Virus record (IMG/VR): IMGVR_UViG_3300009163_000019
Length of the DNA: 64,000 nt
Direction: 5' to 3' (one strand)
Source: a virus
This document shows positions 9,460 through 20,714 of the stretch, one piece after another (positions within the stretch are counted from its first letter, which is position 1; each line of letters begins with the position of its first letter). The position numbers and the translations under genes are program-made. Under the pieces are notes generated by a model that had not been told where the DNA came from, searched no databases, and saw only the letters and a list, made by a program, of their open reading frames with translations.

Positions 9460-12400
9460 ATGGCAGGACTAGATAATAATATATCTAATATAATAGGAAA
9501 AAAACTGCCTCAATGGGTTTTAAATCAATTAGAAATAAGAGCAAATCAAAATTCTAAAGACTCAAGAGACAATGATAATATTTTATATCTAGCAAATAAA
9601 ACTGCTTGGGTAAGATTAGTATCTTCTGTTAATCTAAGTGAATCAGATCAGAAATATTTTAAAGGAATAGTAGGAGAATCTAGTATAACTAGTCCAGAAT
9701 CTTTAGCAAAAGAATTTGTTCTTTTTGCAGGAACTTCTAAATATTTAGGAAAAAATTCTTATGGAATAAGATCTGGATTAGGTAAAGGCGGAGCTTACGG
9801 AATGTTAGGAGAAAAAGAAATTCAAGATTATGGTTATAGACCAATGCCAGGCATTACTAGTGTTAATATAGAAACTCAAGGGCGTTTAGGATCTGTTAGA
9901 GCTGCTACAATTAATTTTAAATGCTGGGATAAAAATCAATTAGATATATTAGATGCATTGTATTTTAAGCTTGGGTTTACTATGTTTTTAGAATGGGGAC
10001 ATACATTTTATTATCCTAATAATTCTAATAAAATAGAGACAACGGAAATATATAGCATAGATCCTTTTGAAGAAAATTTAACAAAAGAAGAGATATCAAT
10101 TCAGATAGCTAAAAATTCAAGAGATTCAGATGGTAATTATGATGCCATGCTTGGAATGGTTACTAATTTTAATTTTTCGTATAATCAAGAAGGGGGATTT
10201 GATTGTACTTTAAAACTTATGGCTTTAGGAGTTCTTGGAGACTCAATAAAAATTAATAATGCGGGAGTACTTCCTAATTTATTAAAAGAAGAAATATTAT
10301 CGTATAATAATACGTTAAATACAATATCTCAAGATCTAGCAAAAAAAGCAGCTGCCGCAGCAAATATAGCTAATCTATCAAATCAGCCTCCAAAAATAGA
10401 TAAATTAAAAGCTGATGACTTTTTTAATACATACATAAAACCTAATCCAAATCCAGAATCAAACACAACGGCGGTTCCAACAAATGCTCCAGGTGGTGGT
10501 TATACAATAGAAACTAAAACACGTTTAAATTCTAAATATATTGGAGGAAATATTAGTCTTAATGCTACAGATAATGAATCTTATAAAACAATAGATGCAA
10601 CTTTTAATACTCCTGCATATGGTACTGTGTATTTTATAAGAAAGCAAAAAGGTTTTATTCCACTAAGAGAAGATTTAATTAAAAATGTAAAAGTTAGTTT
10701 AGATGCCCCTAGAATATTTAGTAAATTAGATAGCGTAGTTATAGGTGGTATAAAAGGATATCAAGATCCTAGAGTTTGGGATATTCCTACCCAATATTTA
10801 GAGAGCACAAAAGATATAATACAAAAACCAATAACTAGTATTCAAAAGTTTTTTAGCGCATTAACTATACCTAATTTAGCGGTTACTGCTATTGATCTTT
10901 TTAGCGATGTTCTTAAATCTGATATAAAAACTGGAACAAGTGAATTAGATAAAGCTAATGATATAGCAGTTTTAAAAGTGCCCTATAAAAGTACAAATGG
11001 ATTTTCATATAATTTAAAAATACAAAGAAAATTATGGGCAATTTCTGATAGAACAGACATTGTAGGATCTTATGGAGCCGCAGCAGCCGGCAGGACATAT
11101 ACAAATAATGCATACTACTACATAACTACTGAAGAATTTGTAGAGCAACTTAAAGGAGTTTTAGAACTTGGAACAAATACTTTTGAAGTAAAAAATGCAG
11201 GTCAAAATACAACAGTAAAATTTACAATACCGTTTACTAGAGACTCAGCTATTGAGGTTGCTGGAAGTGAAAAAATAAACGGAGACGGAAGTGTTACAAA
11301 AATTCCACAGACTGTAAAAAAAGAAAGTGTAATGTATCAATTATATGTAGAAATATCTGTAGATGATAGTTCATTAATAAGTGGCATTATAGTTTCTGAT
11401 CCTAATATTATAGAACCTTTAGATTTTATATCTCAAAAAAAGCTAGTAGATCAAGATCAAAAACAAGTTAATACAGAAGAAGAACAAAAGAAAGCGCAAG
11501 AAGCTATATCAACACAAATAACTCAAGCAATTAATTTACAATCTTCTTTAGAAATAACTCTAAGAACAATTCAAGTACATGCTTTAAATCAGGCTATTAA
11601 TAAAGCCGGAAACGATTTAGAAATAGGTCGTAAAGTATATAAACTTGATATGTTAGAATCATCTCAAAGATCATTTACAAATCAAATATTTACAAACGGA
11701 ATATTTAGTCCATTTTTAAATGAATTATTATCTGAGCCTTCAAAAATAGACGATTCTTTATATTCACAAAAAAATGGAAAAGAAAAAATAAATGTATTAG
11801 ATAGACTTAAAATATATTCAAAATATGGTTTTGCTACAAGTTTATTAGGAAATAAAGCTACTATTGATACAATAGAACCTACTGATTTTAAACAGATATT
11901 AAATGCCTATGTAATACCGTATCAAATTAATCAAGAAATCATTAAAGGTGTTTCAACAAACCACCCAGTGTATATTCCTTTAAGTTTATTATTAATGATA
12001 GTAAATCACACATGCACTATTTATGATACAAAAAAATTAATTGATTTACAAACTCCTTTAGTTTATGTAGATTTTAATACAGAAATAAATTTCTTTTTAA
12101 GTAATAAAAAACAATTAACTACAAATCCTTGGGTTACGTTAATTCCATTTGAAGGAAGTAACTCTGATTTTGCTACATTGTTTGATCCAAATATATTACA
12201 AAACAAAGGTACTGAGATTAAACCAGTTTCAGGAAGTGTAGAAGTAATTAAATTATATAAACCAGAAACTGATGATCTACTTTCTGGAAATTTACCTTCT
12301 ATTAAATTTGGAGATATTAAAATAAGTAATGTTTATAGAGGAAAAACTATGAATATATTACTTAATATAGACTACTTAGTTAAGTTAGTTGAAGAATACA

Positions 12401-13830
12401 GTTTAAAAGATGGTACAAATAGTGTTTATTTAAAAACATTTTTAGAGAAAATACTTTCAGATGTAAATAAGTACTTAGGTAATTTTAATGCTTTTAGATT
12501 AGCATATAATGATGCAGCAAATACTTTTCAAATAGTAGATGATCAATTTATACCTGCACTATCTGGAGAAGATCAAGTTACACCGGATAATAGACCTACA
12601 TCAAATACAGATAATAGAACCGGACTTCCTTTATATGGTAAAAAATCTATAGCAAAATCATTAGAAATAAAAACAGAAATAAGTAGTAAATTAAGTAATT
12701 TAATTGCTATATCTGCTAATTCTAATGCAACTAATAAAGCAACACTATCAACTAATGGTGATAATGTAGGATTTATAAATACATCATATGTAGATAGATA
12801 TGTGCAAGATAGATTAGAAGTAAATCCGCCTAAAATAAATAGCGATAGTGGTTTAGATACAATAAAAACATCCGCTGCTCAATTTAATCAAACAATTAAT
12901 GATTTTTATAGTAAAATTAATCCTTCTGAAAATTCAGTAGGACACGCAACAAATTACTATATTGATAAAATGAGTAAAATAAAAAATAATGATTATGCTA
13001 CTAGAGCATCTACTATGATACCTGTATCTGTTAATTTTAGTACTGATGGAATTTCTGGTTTAGGAATGGGGCAAGCATTTACTATTCCTGATCAATTACT
13101 ACCATATACTTATAGTGCTAGAAATTCTAAGGAAAATTTAGATACTAAAAAAGATTTCATAAATAAAGTAGGTTTTGTAATGGTTGGTCTTACACATACT
13201 ATTGAAAGTAATCAATGGAATACAGCAGTAAGAGCGAATATGATATTCTTAAAAGATAAAACAGACTTCTCAGGTTCTGTAGAAAAATTACCTCCTAAAG
13301 ATGAAGTATTTGGAGTAGATCAAAATATTTTCAATACTATTAATACTACGCCGCAAACAAATTTTGTTGCAGAAAATAATGAAGCTAAAAAATCAGCAGA
13401 TGCATATATAGGAAGAACTTTAACTGCTGATGAATGGAATCAATTAATTAGGGCAACATTTGCAGAAGCATCTGGTAATCAAACAGAAAGGGCGTATGTA
13501 ATGGGAGTAATATTAAATAGAGCTAGAACAAATTTTAGAAATTATGGTAGAAATATTACAGATCAATTAACTGCGGTAAATCAATTTCAAGCCGTTACCG
13601 GTACTAAATATGAACCCGGACCCTCAGTTAATTATAGAACAGGACCTAATAAAACATCATCAGATAGTATATATGGTGCTGCTGTAAATATATTAGCAGA
13701 AGTTCCAAAAAATTATTTATCATTTACGTCGGCTCTTCCTAGTGCCTATGGAAAAGGTACAGACATAGGATACATACAAGTTCTTTTAAATAAAGGCGGA
13801 AAACGAATAGGAGACACAATATTCGCATAA
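9460..13830 (+). CDS. Large baseplate hub protein with C-terminal SleB/Hydrolase_2-type cell-wall hydrolase domain
   Basis: 1456 aa; N-terminal RPMPGI and EWG motifs; C-terminal LIRATFAEA...VILNR...QFQAV. Confidence 0.7.
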   Translation: MAGLDNNISNIIGKKLPQWVLNQLEIRANQNSKDSRDNDNILYLANKTAWVRLVSSVNLSESDQKYFKGIVGESSITSPESLAKEFVLFAGTSKYLGKNSYGIRSGLGKGGAYGMLGEKEIQDYGYRPMPGITSVNIETQGRLGSVRAATINFKCWDKNQLDILDALYFKLGFTMFLEWGHTFYYPNNSNKIETTEIYSIDPFEENLTKEEISIQIAKNSRDSDGNYDAMLGMVTNFNFSYNQEGGFDCTLKLMALGVLGDSIKINNAGVLPNLLKEEILSYNNTLNTISQDLAKKAAAAANIANLSNQPPKIDKLKADDFFNTYIKPNPNPESNTTAVPTNAPGGGYTIETKTRLNSKYIGGNISLNATDNESYKTIDATFNTPAYGTVYFIRKQKGFIPLREDLIKNVKVSLDAPRIFSKLDSVVIGGIKGYQDPRVWDIPTQYLESTKDIIQKPITSIQKFFSALTIPNLAVTAIDLFSDVLKSDIKTGTSELDKANDIAVLKVPYKSTNGFSYNLKIQRKLWAISDRTDIVGSYGAAAAGRTYTNNAYYYITTEEFVEQLKGVLELGTNTFEVKNAGQNTTVKFTIPFTRDSAIEVAGSEKINGDGSVTKIPQTVKKESVMYQLYVEISVDDSSLISGIIVSDPNIIEPLDFISQKKLVDQDQKQVNTEEEQKKAQEAISTQITQAINLQSSLEITLRTIQVHALNQAINKAGNDLEIGRKVYKLDMLESSQRSFTNQIFTNGIFSPFLNELLSEPSKIDDSLYSQKNGKEKINVLDRLKIYSKYGFATSLLGNKATIDTIEPTDFKQILNAYVIPYQINQEIIKGVSTNHPVYIPLSLLLMIVNHTCTIYDTKKLIDLQTPLVYVDFNTEINFFLSNKKQLTTNPWVTLIPFEGSNSDFATLFDPNILQNKGTEIKPVSGSVEVIKLYKPETDDLLSGNLPSIKFGDIKISNVYRGKTMNILLNIDYLVKLVEEYSLKDGTNSVYLKTFLEKILSDVNKYLGNFNAFRLAYNDAANTFQIVDDQFIPALSGEDQVTPDNRPTSNTDNRTGLPLYGKKSIAKSLEIKTEISSKLSNLIAISANSNATNKATLSTNGDNVGFINTSYVDRYVQDRLEVNPPKINSDSGLDTIKTSAAQFNQTINDFYSKINPSENSVGHATNYYIDKMSKIKNNDYATRASTMIPVSVNFSTDGISGLGMGQAFTIPDQLLPYTYSARNSKENLDTKKDFINKVGFVMVGLTHTIESNQWNTAVRANMIFLKDKTDFSGSVEKLPPKDEVFGVDQNIFNTINTTPQTNFVAENNEAKKSADAYIGRTLTADEWNQLIRATFAEASGNQTERAYVMGVILNRARTNFRNYGRNITDQLTAVNQFQAVTGTKYEPGPSVNYRTGPNKTSSDSIYGAAVNILAEVPKNYLSFTSALPSAYGKGTDIGYIQVLLNKGGKRIGDTIFA

Positions 13831-13840
13831 ATAAAAATAT

Positions 13841-14470
13841 ATGTTAAGATATTATCCAGCATTTAAAATTATAACTAATCTAAATACAAAAGGAGAGGAG
13901 TTTACTTTAAATAATAAACCCTATGCCGGAAAGTATTATGAAACATATGACAATAAAGCATTTACAGGATCTGATCCTGAATCAGGTCCTAGTGAACAGC
14001 TAAAAAGAATTCCTAGATATAAATCAGCTCCTGGTTTAAATAATTTAAATATAACAGATAAACAAAGAAGTGAATTAGCAAGTAAAACAGAAGTAAAACC
14101 AAATAGAATACAAGGAAAACCAAATTCTTTTTATCCAATACCAGACGAAGAAGATTATAGAAGGGGATATTTGATAAGATACTTTACTAAAAAAGAAAAT
14201 GAAAAAGGTTTTATTATAGAAATATCTAGAGACGAATACAATTCTATTATAAATGGAACTGCAGATTATGATATTACTATATATCAAACAATTCAGATAC
14301 TTTGGAAAATAACTGGTCCATTAAAAAGTACAAGACTATCTCAATATAATGTAATTGCCGGTATTATTAATACAAATGAAAGGCTAGTAGAATCTGCAAA
14401 TAAAACTTTTTTAGGAATAAAAGAGTTTATAGGAGGCGACTATATAAAATTTGCAAAACCTACTATGTAA
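13841..14470 (+). CDS. Hypothetical structural protein
   Basis: 209 aa ORF closing the tail/baseplate operon. Confidence 0.5.
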   Translation: MLRYYPAFKIITNLNTKGEEFTLNNKPYAGKYYETYDNKAFTGSDPESGPSEQLKRIPRYKSAPGLNNLNITDKQRSELASKTEVKPNRIQGKPNSFYPIPDEEDYRRGYLIRYFTKKENEKGFIIEISRDEYNSIINGTADYDITIYQTIQILWKITGPLKSTRLSQYNVIAGIINTNERLVESANKTFLGIKEFIGGDYIKFAKPTM

Positions 14471-14523
14471 ATAGTTTATATATGATCAAATAAGTTTGTT
14501 ATATTTAGTTTAAATAAAAGGTT

Positions 14524-15819
14524 ATGTATTTCATTATTGAAGATAAAGAACAATTGGATAAACTAGAAATGTCAGATCAGGCATTTATCCAAGTAGTTAC
14601 TTCTAATGATTATTATCATCCTAAACTTACTAGAGTAAGTCTTATTTACTACAATAATTCAGAAAAAGGCTATATATTTGTTATTAATCATGAAGAAGGA
14701 TTTTCACTAGATATTAAATTAGTAGAATCATTTCTTCAAAAGCATAATAAGATCTACTTACTAGATAGTAAATTACATTCTTATTTTTTAGATCTTTCAA
14801 ATTCTATAGATGTTCAATTTATATGCTTAGATAAAAATAATGAATATAGTTCTTTTGAGTGTAATAGCAATGTACATAGAGACTTTTATATAAAGTATCC
14901 GGTTCTACCTACTATAAATGAAATTATTCCAATTTCTAAACATTATGAAAAATGTCAATGTCTATATCAATTAGTTAAAGACTATTTTGAATTAGAAATG
15001 GACATTGAATTGCAAAATAAATTAATTGATGCATATAAACATGTAGAAGAGACTGGAATAAAAATAGATCTTAATTGTTTTCATGATAAGTTTACATTCC
15101 AGCATAAGGAGTATTCTCTATTAGGAGATAAGATTTATTCTTATTATAACTTATATAATTTAACTGCAAGACCAACTAACTCATTTAATGGAGTTAATTT
15201 TTTAGCAATACCTAAAGATCAAGATTTTAGAAAGTGTTTTATACCTCAAAATGATTTTTTAGTTGAGTTTGATTTTGATGCGTATCATTTAAGACTTATT
15301 TCTGGATTAATTGGTTTTGAATGTCCCAAAGAGTCTATGCATGAATATCTAGGTAAATTATATTTTAATGTAGATAAATTAACTCCTGAGCAGTATAAAG
15401 AATCTAAGTCTATTACATTTAAGCAGCTTTATGGAGGTATAGAAAAACAATATCAAAATATTGACTTCTTTAAATCTCTTAATGAATTTATAGAACAGGA
15501 ATGGAAAAAATATAATGCACATAAAGCACTCATTTTACCTACAGGAAGGATTCTAAGAAAGTTGCCTGATATGAATAAATTAAAGTTATTTAACTACATT
15601 GTTCAGAATCTAGAAACTAAAGAAAACATATTCAAGATATTAGAGATAAACAAACTACTAACTAAAAAGAAAACAAAGCTTATTTTAATCACGTATGACT
15701 CTTTTCTGTTTGATTTTTCACAAGAGGATGGTAAAACCCTACTAAAAAAGATCAAGACTATCTTAGAAGGGAAAAACATGCTTGTCAAGCACAAATACGG
15801 ATCTAACTATGCTTTCTAG
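14524..15819 (+). CDS. Short, divergent family A DNA polymerase-like protein
   Basis: Motif A FDFDAYHLRL, motif B KSITFKQLYG, motif C TYDSFLFD; no intact exonuclease motifs; 431 aa. Confidence 0.75.
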   Translation: MYFIIEDKEQLDKLEMSDQAFIQVVTSNDYYHPKLTRVSLIYYNNSEKGYIFVINHEEGFSLDIKLVESFLQKHNKIYLLDSKLHSYFLDLSNSIDVQFICLDKNNEYSSFECNSNVHRDFYIKYPVLPTINEIIPISKHYEKCQCLYQLVKDYFELEMDIELQNKLIDAYKHVEETGIKIDLNCFHDKFTFQHKEYSLLGDKIYSYYNLYNLTARPTNSFNGVNFLAIPKDQDFRKCFIPQNDFLVEFDFDAYHLRLISGLIGFECPKESMHEYLGKLYFNVDKLTPEQYKESKSITFKQLYGGIEKQYQNIDFFKSLNEFIEQEWKKYNAHKALILPTGRILRKLPDMNKLKLFNYIVQNLETKENIFKILEINKLLTKKKTKLILITYDSFLFDFSQEDGKTLLKKIKTILEGKNMLVKHKYGSNYAF

Positions 15820-15855
15820 TAATATTCAATATTTATTAACAGTAAACAAAAGGTT

Positions 15856-16284
15856 ATGGAGCAAATGATCGCAGCAGAAATTACATCAGACCAGCTTATG
15901 AATAAATTATTTTGTACTTTTTCGCCAAAAGATGGCTTAGAAGATACACTAAGAGAAATAAATAAAGAATACACAATTCTATATAAAAAGATATTTGTTT
16001 TATCCTCAATAGATTCAAATGAGTACTTATGTACTTATAATATTGAAATTGAAGGAGCACAAACTAAAATTCTTCCAAATACTATCTTAGTGCATAGAAA
16101 GAAAGAAACTAACACTTTATATACTATTAACGCCCTAAATACTTTAATTAAGAAATTAAATGGCGGCGTACTAGATACTTCTTTCCCAATCACTTGGGAT
16201 GATTATAAAAACTCGGTTATCCTTACTCAAGGAGATGATCTTAAAAAGTTAAATACTGCTATTCATAAAATAGTTGCTATCTAA
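15856..16284 (+). CDS. Hypothetical protein
   Basis: 142 aa ORF preceded by the ATATTTAT motif. Confidence 0.5.
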   Translation: MEQMIAAEITSDQLMNKLFCTFSPKDGLEDTLREINKEYTILYKKIFVLSSIDSNEYLCTYNIEIEGAQTKILPNTILVHRKKETNTLYTINALNTLIKKLNGGVLDTSFPITWDDYKNSVILTQGDDLKKLNTAIHKIVAI

Positions 16285-16345
16285 CTTAAAAGAAAAACTG
16301 TTTTAGTTCAAGTTTTTTTGTTACATTTATAAAAATCAGTTACGT

Positions 16346-17155
16346 ATGGACATTTCAGTGTTAAAATCAAGACTGTCGGCTCTACAAAATCCACGTGGAG
16401 GACAGAAGAAAGACCTCGCTCAAACCCTTTGGAGGCCTACCGTGGGCAAACATTCAGTAAGGATTGTACCTTCAATGTTTGACAAACAGAACCCATTTAA
16501 AGAGGTTCTAATGCATTACGGGATCAATAACAGATCCATGATTAGTTTATCAAATTTTGGCGAAAAAGATCCAATCGTTGAATTTGCACAAGGCTTAAGA
16601 AAGTCTAGTGAAAAAGACAATTGGCAAATGGCTAAAAAGCTCGAACCAAAAATGCGTATCTTTGTTCCTGTCATTGTGCGAGGAGAAGAAGATAAAGGCG
16701 TTAGGCTTTGGGAATTTGGTAAGCAAGTTTATATGGACTTGTTAAGTATCGCTGAAGATGAGGATGTAGGAGATTATACAGATCCTATTACAGGAAGAGA
16801 TGTTACAGTTGAGACAGCTGGTAAAGAAACCACTGGATTAATGTATAATACTTCTACTGTTAGGGTACGTACTAAATCTACTCCGCTATCTGATGATGCA
16901 GCTAAAGTAAAACTATGGTTAGAAACACAACCAGATCCGCTAACTCAATTCAAAAGGTATAGCTATGAAGAAATGAAAACAGCTCTTCTAGCACATCTAA
17001 ATCCTGAAGAAGAAATTAAGCAACAAGCAGATCAAGTAGTTACAAAACCAACAGGCGATCTGCCTTGGGAACAATCAGCGCCTAAACAAGGTTACAGTTT
17101 GAATACTACAAAAGCAAGTGTAGATTCAGAAATTGACAGCCTATTTGACATCTAA
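16346..17155 (+). CDS. Single-stranded DNA-binding protein (T4 gp32-like)
   Basis: VRIVP...PF, LW.FG..VY and D...GRD patterns; acidic C-terminus DSEIDSLFDI. Confidence 0.8.
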   Translation: MDISVLKSRLSALQNPRGGQKKDLAQTLWRPTVGKHSVRIVPSMFDKQNPFKEVLMHYGINNRSMISLSNFGEKDPIVEFAQGLRKSSEKDNWQMAKKLEPKMRIFVPVIVRGEEDKGVRLWEFGKQVYMDLLSIAEDEDVGDYTDPITGRDVTVETAGKETTGLMYNTSTVRVRTKSTPLSDDAAKVKLWLETQPDPLTQFKRYSYEEMKTALLAHLNPEEEIKQQADQVVTKPTGDLPWEQSAPKQGYSLNTTKASVDSEIDSLFDI

Positions 17156-17160
17156 CAAAA

Positions 17161-17186
17161 AAGCCCCTTCTTCGGAAGGGGTTTTT
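17161..17186 (+). terminator. Rho-independent terminator (cUUCGg loop)
   Basis: GCCCCTTC-TTCG-GAAGGGGT followed by TTTT. Confidence 0.9.
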
Positions 17187-17203
17187 AAACTAAACAGTTT
17201 CGC

Positions 17204-18268
17204 ATGGGAAAATCAACATTAAATAGCACTATATCTAGTGCAATCAAAGGCACTAATAGTTTAGAACAATTTAAGAAAGGTAAAAATTTATCTTCTGGTG
17301 TAATATTCAAGCAGCCTTCTTGGATTCCACTATCACAAGCATTTCAAGACACACTACAAATTCCTGGTATTCCTATCGGGCATATTACTCTACTTCGTGG
17401 ACACTCTGATACAGGTAAAACAACAGCTTTATTAGAGGCCGCAGTTTCTGCACAAAAGATGGGAATACTTCCTGTTTTTATTATTACAGAAATGAAATGG
17501 GATTGGAGCCATTCAAGAGCTATGGGATTTCAATATGAAGAAATAGCAGATCCTGTAACAGGAGAAGTTGTGGATTATCAAGGATTCTTTTTATATATTG
17601 ATAGAGAGAAACTTAATTGCGTAGAAGATGTATCAGCATTTATTGCAGATATTCTTGATGAACAAAAGAAAGGTACTTTACCTCATGATATTTGTTTCTT
17701 CTGGGATTCAGTAGGATCTATTCCTTGTAGAATGAGTATAGAAAAATCTACAAATAATAATGAGTGGAATGCAGGAGCAATGTCTCAACAATTTGGTAAT
17801 TTCATTAATCAAAGAATTGTATTATCTCGTAAAGCAAGTCAACCATATACTAATACATTAGTAGCAGTAAATAAAATTTGGGTAGCTAAACCTGATAGTC
17901 CAATGTCGCAACCAACTATGAATAATAAAGGTGGCAATACGATGTATTTTGATTCATCACTTATTATTACATTTGGTAATATTGCTAAAGCAGGAACAAA
18001 CAAAATCAAAGCTACTAAAAATGGCAAAGAGATTGAGTTTGCTAAAAGAACTAGAATTAGCTGTGATAAAAATCACATAACAGGAGTTACCGCAGTAAAT
18101 AAAGTGCTTATGACTGTTCATGGCTTTATTAAAGATGATAAAAAAGATCTTGAAGAATATAAAAAGAAGTATAGCGATGAATGGACAAAAGTCTTAGGAT
18201 CTGGAACATTTGACGTAGTAGAAGAGGAAACAGAATTGTCACCAGATATATTTGATCTACAAGATTAA
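17204..18268 (+). CDS. RecA/UvsX-like recombinase
   Basis: GIP.G.I..L.G.SDTGKT (Walker A), WDSVGS (Walker B), GG....F.SSL. Confidence 0.85.
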   Translation: MGKSTLNSTISSAIKGTNSLEQFKKGKNLSSGVIFKQPSWIPLSQAFQDTLQIPGIPIGHITLLRGHSDTGKTTALLEAAVSAQKMGILPVFIITEMKWDWSHSRAMGFQYEEIADPVTGEVVDYQGFFLYIDREKLNCVEDVSAFIADILDEQKKGTLPHDICFFWDSVGSIPCRMSIEKSTNNNEWNAGAMSQQFGNFINQRIVLSRKASQPYTNTLVAVNKIWVAKPDSPMSQPTMNNKGGNTMYFDSSLIITFGNIAKAGTNKIKATKNGKEIEFAKRTRISCDKNHITGVTAVNKVLMTVHGFIKDDKKDLEEYKKKYSDEWTKVLGSGTFDVVEEETELSPDIFDLQD

Positions 18269-18270
18269 TA

Positions 18271-19284
18271 ATGAATAAAGAATACCAAAAAATATTCGAA
18301 TCTTTAAAAGAGGAGAAAGTGGATGATAGTGTAAATAGTAGAGTCTTAATCATAGACTCTCTAAACACTTTCTTAAGAGCTTTTACAGTAATAAGACACA
18401 TTAATCCTCAAGGAAATCATATAGGAGGTCTAACAGGATTTTTACGATCCTTAGGATATGTTATTAATCTAGTTAGACCAACTAGAGTGATTTTAGTCTT
18501 TGATGGTCAAGGTGGATCTACAAATAAAAGATATATCTATCCTGAATATAAAGGAAATCGTGGAATTAATAGAGTAACAAATTGGGATGCATTTGAATCT
18601 CAAAAAGAAGAGTCAGAGTCTATTACAAATCAAATTGTAAGATTAATTTTTTATCTAAAACAACTTCCTGTAGATCTTATATCAATTGATAAAATTGAAG
18701 CCGATGATGTTATAGGATATATGGCAGGAAAATTAGATGGAGAAATTACAATCATGTCTTCTGATAGAGATTTTTTACAGTTAGTTAATAAAAAAATATC
18801 TGTATATTCTCCTATTAAGAAAAAATTCTATGATAAAGATATGGTATTAACTGAATATGGAGTTACTACAGATAATTTTTTAACACAAAAGATTTTATTA
18901 GGTGATTCTGGAGATAATGTACCTGGAGTAAGAGGACTAGGATCTAAAACAATGCTTAAGTTATTTCCAGAGCTAGGATCAGAAAATGAAATATCATTAG
19001 ATCAAATATTAGAAAAGTGTAAAGCCGGAGATAAAAAATTACACGAGTCAATAGTTAATTACGAGTATCAACTAAGAATTAATAAAAGACTTATGGATTT
19101 AAGAGAACCTAATATCCCGGACGAAGCAAAAGAAGAGGTAGATTTTTTGATACTTCATCCTAATAAAGAGCTTAATTCACAAGAATTTATTAATTTGTAT
19201 AACGAAGATAATCTAGGCAATTCAATTGCTAATTTGCCAAATTGGTTATTTAAGCACTTTAATCAAATCGCAAAATATAAATAA
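18271..19284 (+). CDS. 5'-3' exonuclease / flap endonuclease (T4 RNase H-like)
   Basis: LIIDS.N, VFDG, YK.NR, EADD, SSDRD, GD.GDNVPGV.GLG.KT. Confidence 0.9.
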   Translation: MNKEYQKIFESLKEEKVDDSVNSRVLIIDSLNTFLRAFTVIRHINPQGNHIGGLTGFLRSLGYVINLVRPTRVILVFDGQGGSTNKRYIYPEYKGNRGINRVTNWDAFESQKEESESITNQIVRLIFYLKQLPVDLISIDKIEADDVIGYMAGKLDGEITIMSSDRDFLQLVNKKISVYSPIKKKFYDKDMVLTEYGVTTDNFLTQKILLGDSGDNVPGVRGLGSKTMLKLFPELGSENEISLDQILEKCKAGDKKLHESIVNYEYQLRINKRLMDLREPNIPDEAKEEVDFLILHPNKELNSQEFINLYNEDNLGNSIANLPNWLFKHFNQIAKYK

Positions 19285-19287
19285 GTT

Positions 19288-20673
19288 ATGAGTTCACTAA
19301 ATCAGTTGCAGCAGTACGGAATGAGTTTCCAAGTTAAGGTTTTATCAAGTTTATTAAAGCATAAAGAATTTCTTCAAAACATTAATGATATATTAGATAC
19401 AGAGATGTTTGATAACCCAGCACATAAATGGATTGTTGGAGAAATTATAAGATACTATTACAAATATAATACTACGCCGTCCCTAGATTCTCTTCAAGTT
19501 GAAGTAAGAAAAATTGAAAATGAAGTTTTAAAGATTAGTGTAGTTGATCAATTAAAAGAGGCTTATAAAGCCGCTAATGAAGATCGCGAATATGTAGAGC
19601 AAGAATTTTCAAATTTTTGTAGAAATCAACAACTTAAAAAAGCCATTCTTAATTCAGTAACTCTTTTAGAAAGAGGTCAATACGACGATATTAAGTATAT
19701 GATGGATGCTGCTTTAAAAGCAGGCCAAGATAAGTCTATTGGGCATGAATATGAAAAAGATATTGAAACTAGATATCGTGAAGAAGAAAGAGCGGCAATA
19801 CCAACAGCATGGCCAAACATTAATGAACTTTTAATGGGAGGACTTGGTAAAGGTGACCTAGGACTTATATTCGGTAATCCTGGAGGCGGTAAAAGTTGGA
19901 TGTTAGTTAATCTAGGAGCTATGGCGGTACAGTCAGGATTTAATGTATGCCATTATACTTTAGAACTATCTGAGTACTACGTAGGCAAACGTTATGACGC
20001 GTTATTTACAGGTATAGATGTTCAACAAGTTCATAAACATCGAGGCTCTATTGAGGAATCTGTGGTTAAATTAAAAGGCAAACTAATCATTAAAGAATTC
20101 CCTATGGGTAAAGCAACTATCCATACTATCGAATCACATATACAGAAGTGTAAAGATTTAGGATATCCTCCAGATCTAGTTATTATTGATTATGTTGATC
20201 TACTAAAAAGTAAAACAAAATCTATTGATCCAAAAGATGCAATTGATGATGTATATACAGCAACTAAAGGAATGGCAAGAGAACTTAAAGTTCCAATTTG
20301 GACAGTTTCTCAGGTAAATAGGGCAGGTGCTAAAGATGATGTAATTGAAGGAGACAAAGCAGCTGGATCTTATAATAAAATGATGATTGCAGATTTTGCA
20401 ATGTCTTTATCAAGAAAGAGACAAGATAAAGTAAATGGAACTGGCCGTATGCACATTATGAAAAATAGATATGGAATGGATGGAATGACATATGCCGCCA
20501 AAATTAGTACCAATAATGGTAGTATAGAGATCAATTCAGATACGATGAATGAAGATGAATTAAATATAGAAGGGCAAAATCAAAACTATAATCAGCCTAA
20601 AACGTTTAGTTCTTCATTAGACAGGGATGAAAAAGCATATTTGTCTAATAAATTTTTTGAGTTAGGACTATAA
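19288..20673 (+). CDS. Replicative DnaB/gp41-like helicase
   Basis: GNPGGGKS Walker A, IIDYVD Walker B, SQ.NR, KNRYG. Confidence 0.9.
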   Translation: MSSLNQLQQYGMSFQVKVLSSLLKHKEFLQNINDILDTEMFDNPAHKWIVGEIIRYYYKYNTTPSLDSLQVEVRKIENEVLKISVVDQLKEAYKAANEDREYVEQEFSNFCRNQQLKKAILNSVTLLERGQYDDIKYMMDAALKAGQDKSIGHEYEKDIETRYREEERAAIPTAWPNINELLMGGLGKGDLGLIFGNPGGGKSWMLVNLGAMAVQSGFNVCHYTLELSEYYVGKRYDALFTGIDVQQVHKHRGSIEESVVKLKGKLIIKEFPMGKATIHTIESHIQKCKDLGYPPDLVIIDYVDLLKSKTKSIDPKDAIDDVYTATKGMARELKVPIWTVSQVNRAGAKDDVIEGDKAAGSYNKMMIADFAMSLSRKRQDKVNGTGRMHIMKNRYGMDGMTYAAKISTNNGSIEINSDTMNEDELNIEGQNQNYNQPKTFSSSLDRDEKAYLSNKFFELGL

Positions 20674-20714
20674 ATTAGCAAAAAAGCTATATTTATAAGA
20701 GAAAAACAGATACC

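Noticed and set aside
16295-17200. Imperfect inverted repeat flanking the SSB gene (AAACTGTTTTAGTT / AACTAAACAGTTT)
   Set aside because: AT-rich and bulged; one arm lies upstream of the likely promoter and the other beyond the terminator, so it is probably chance
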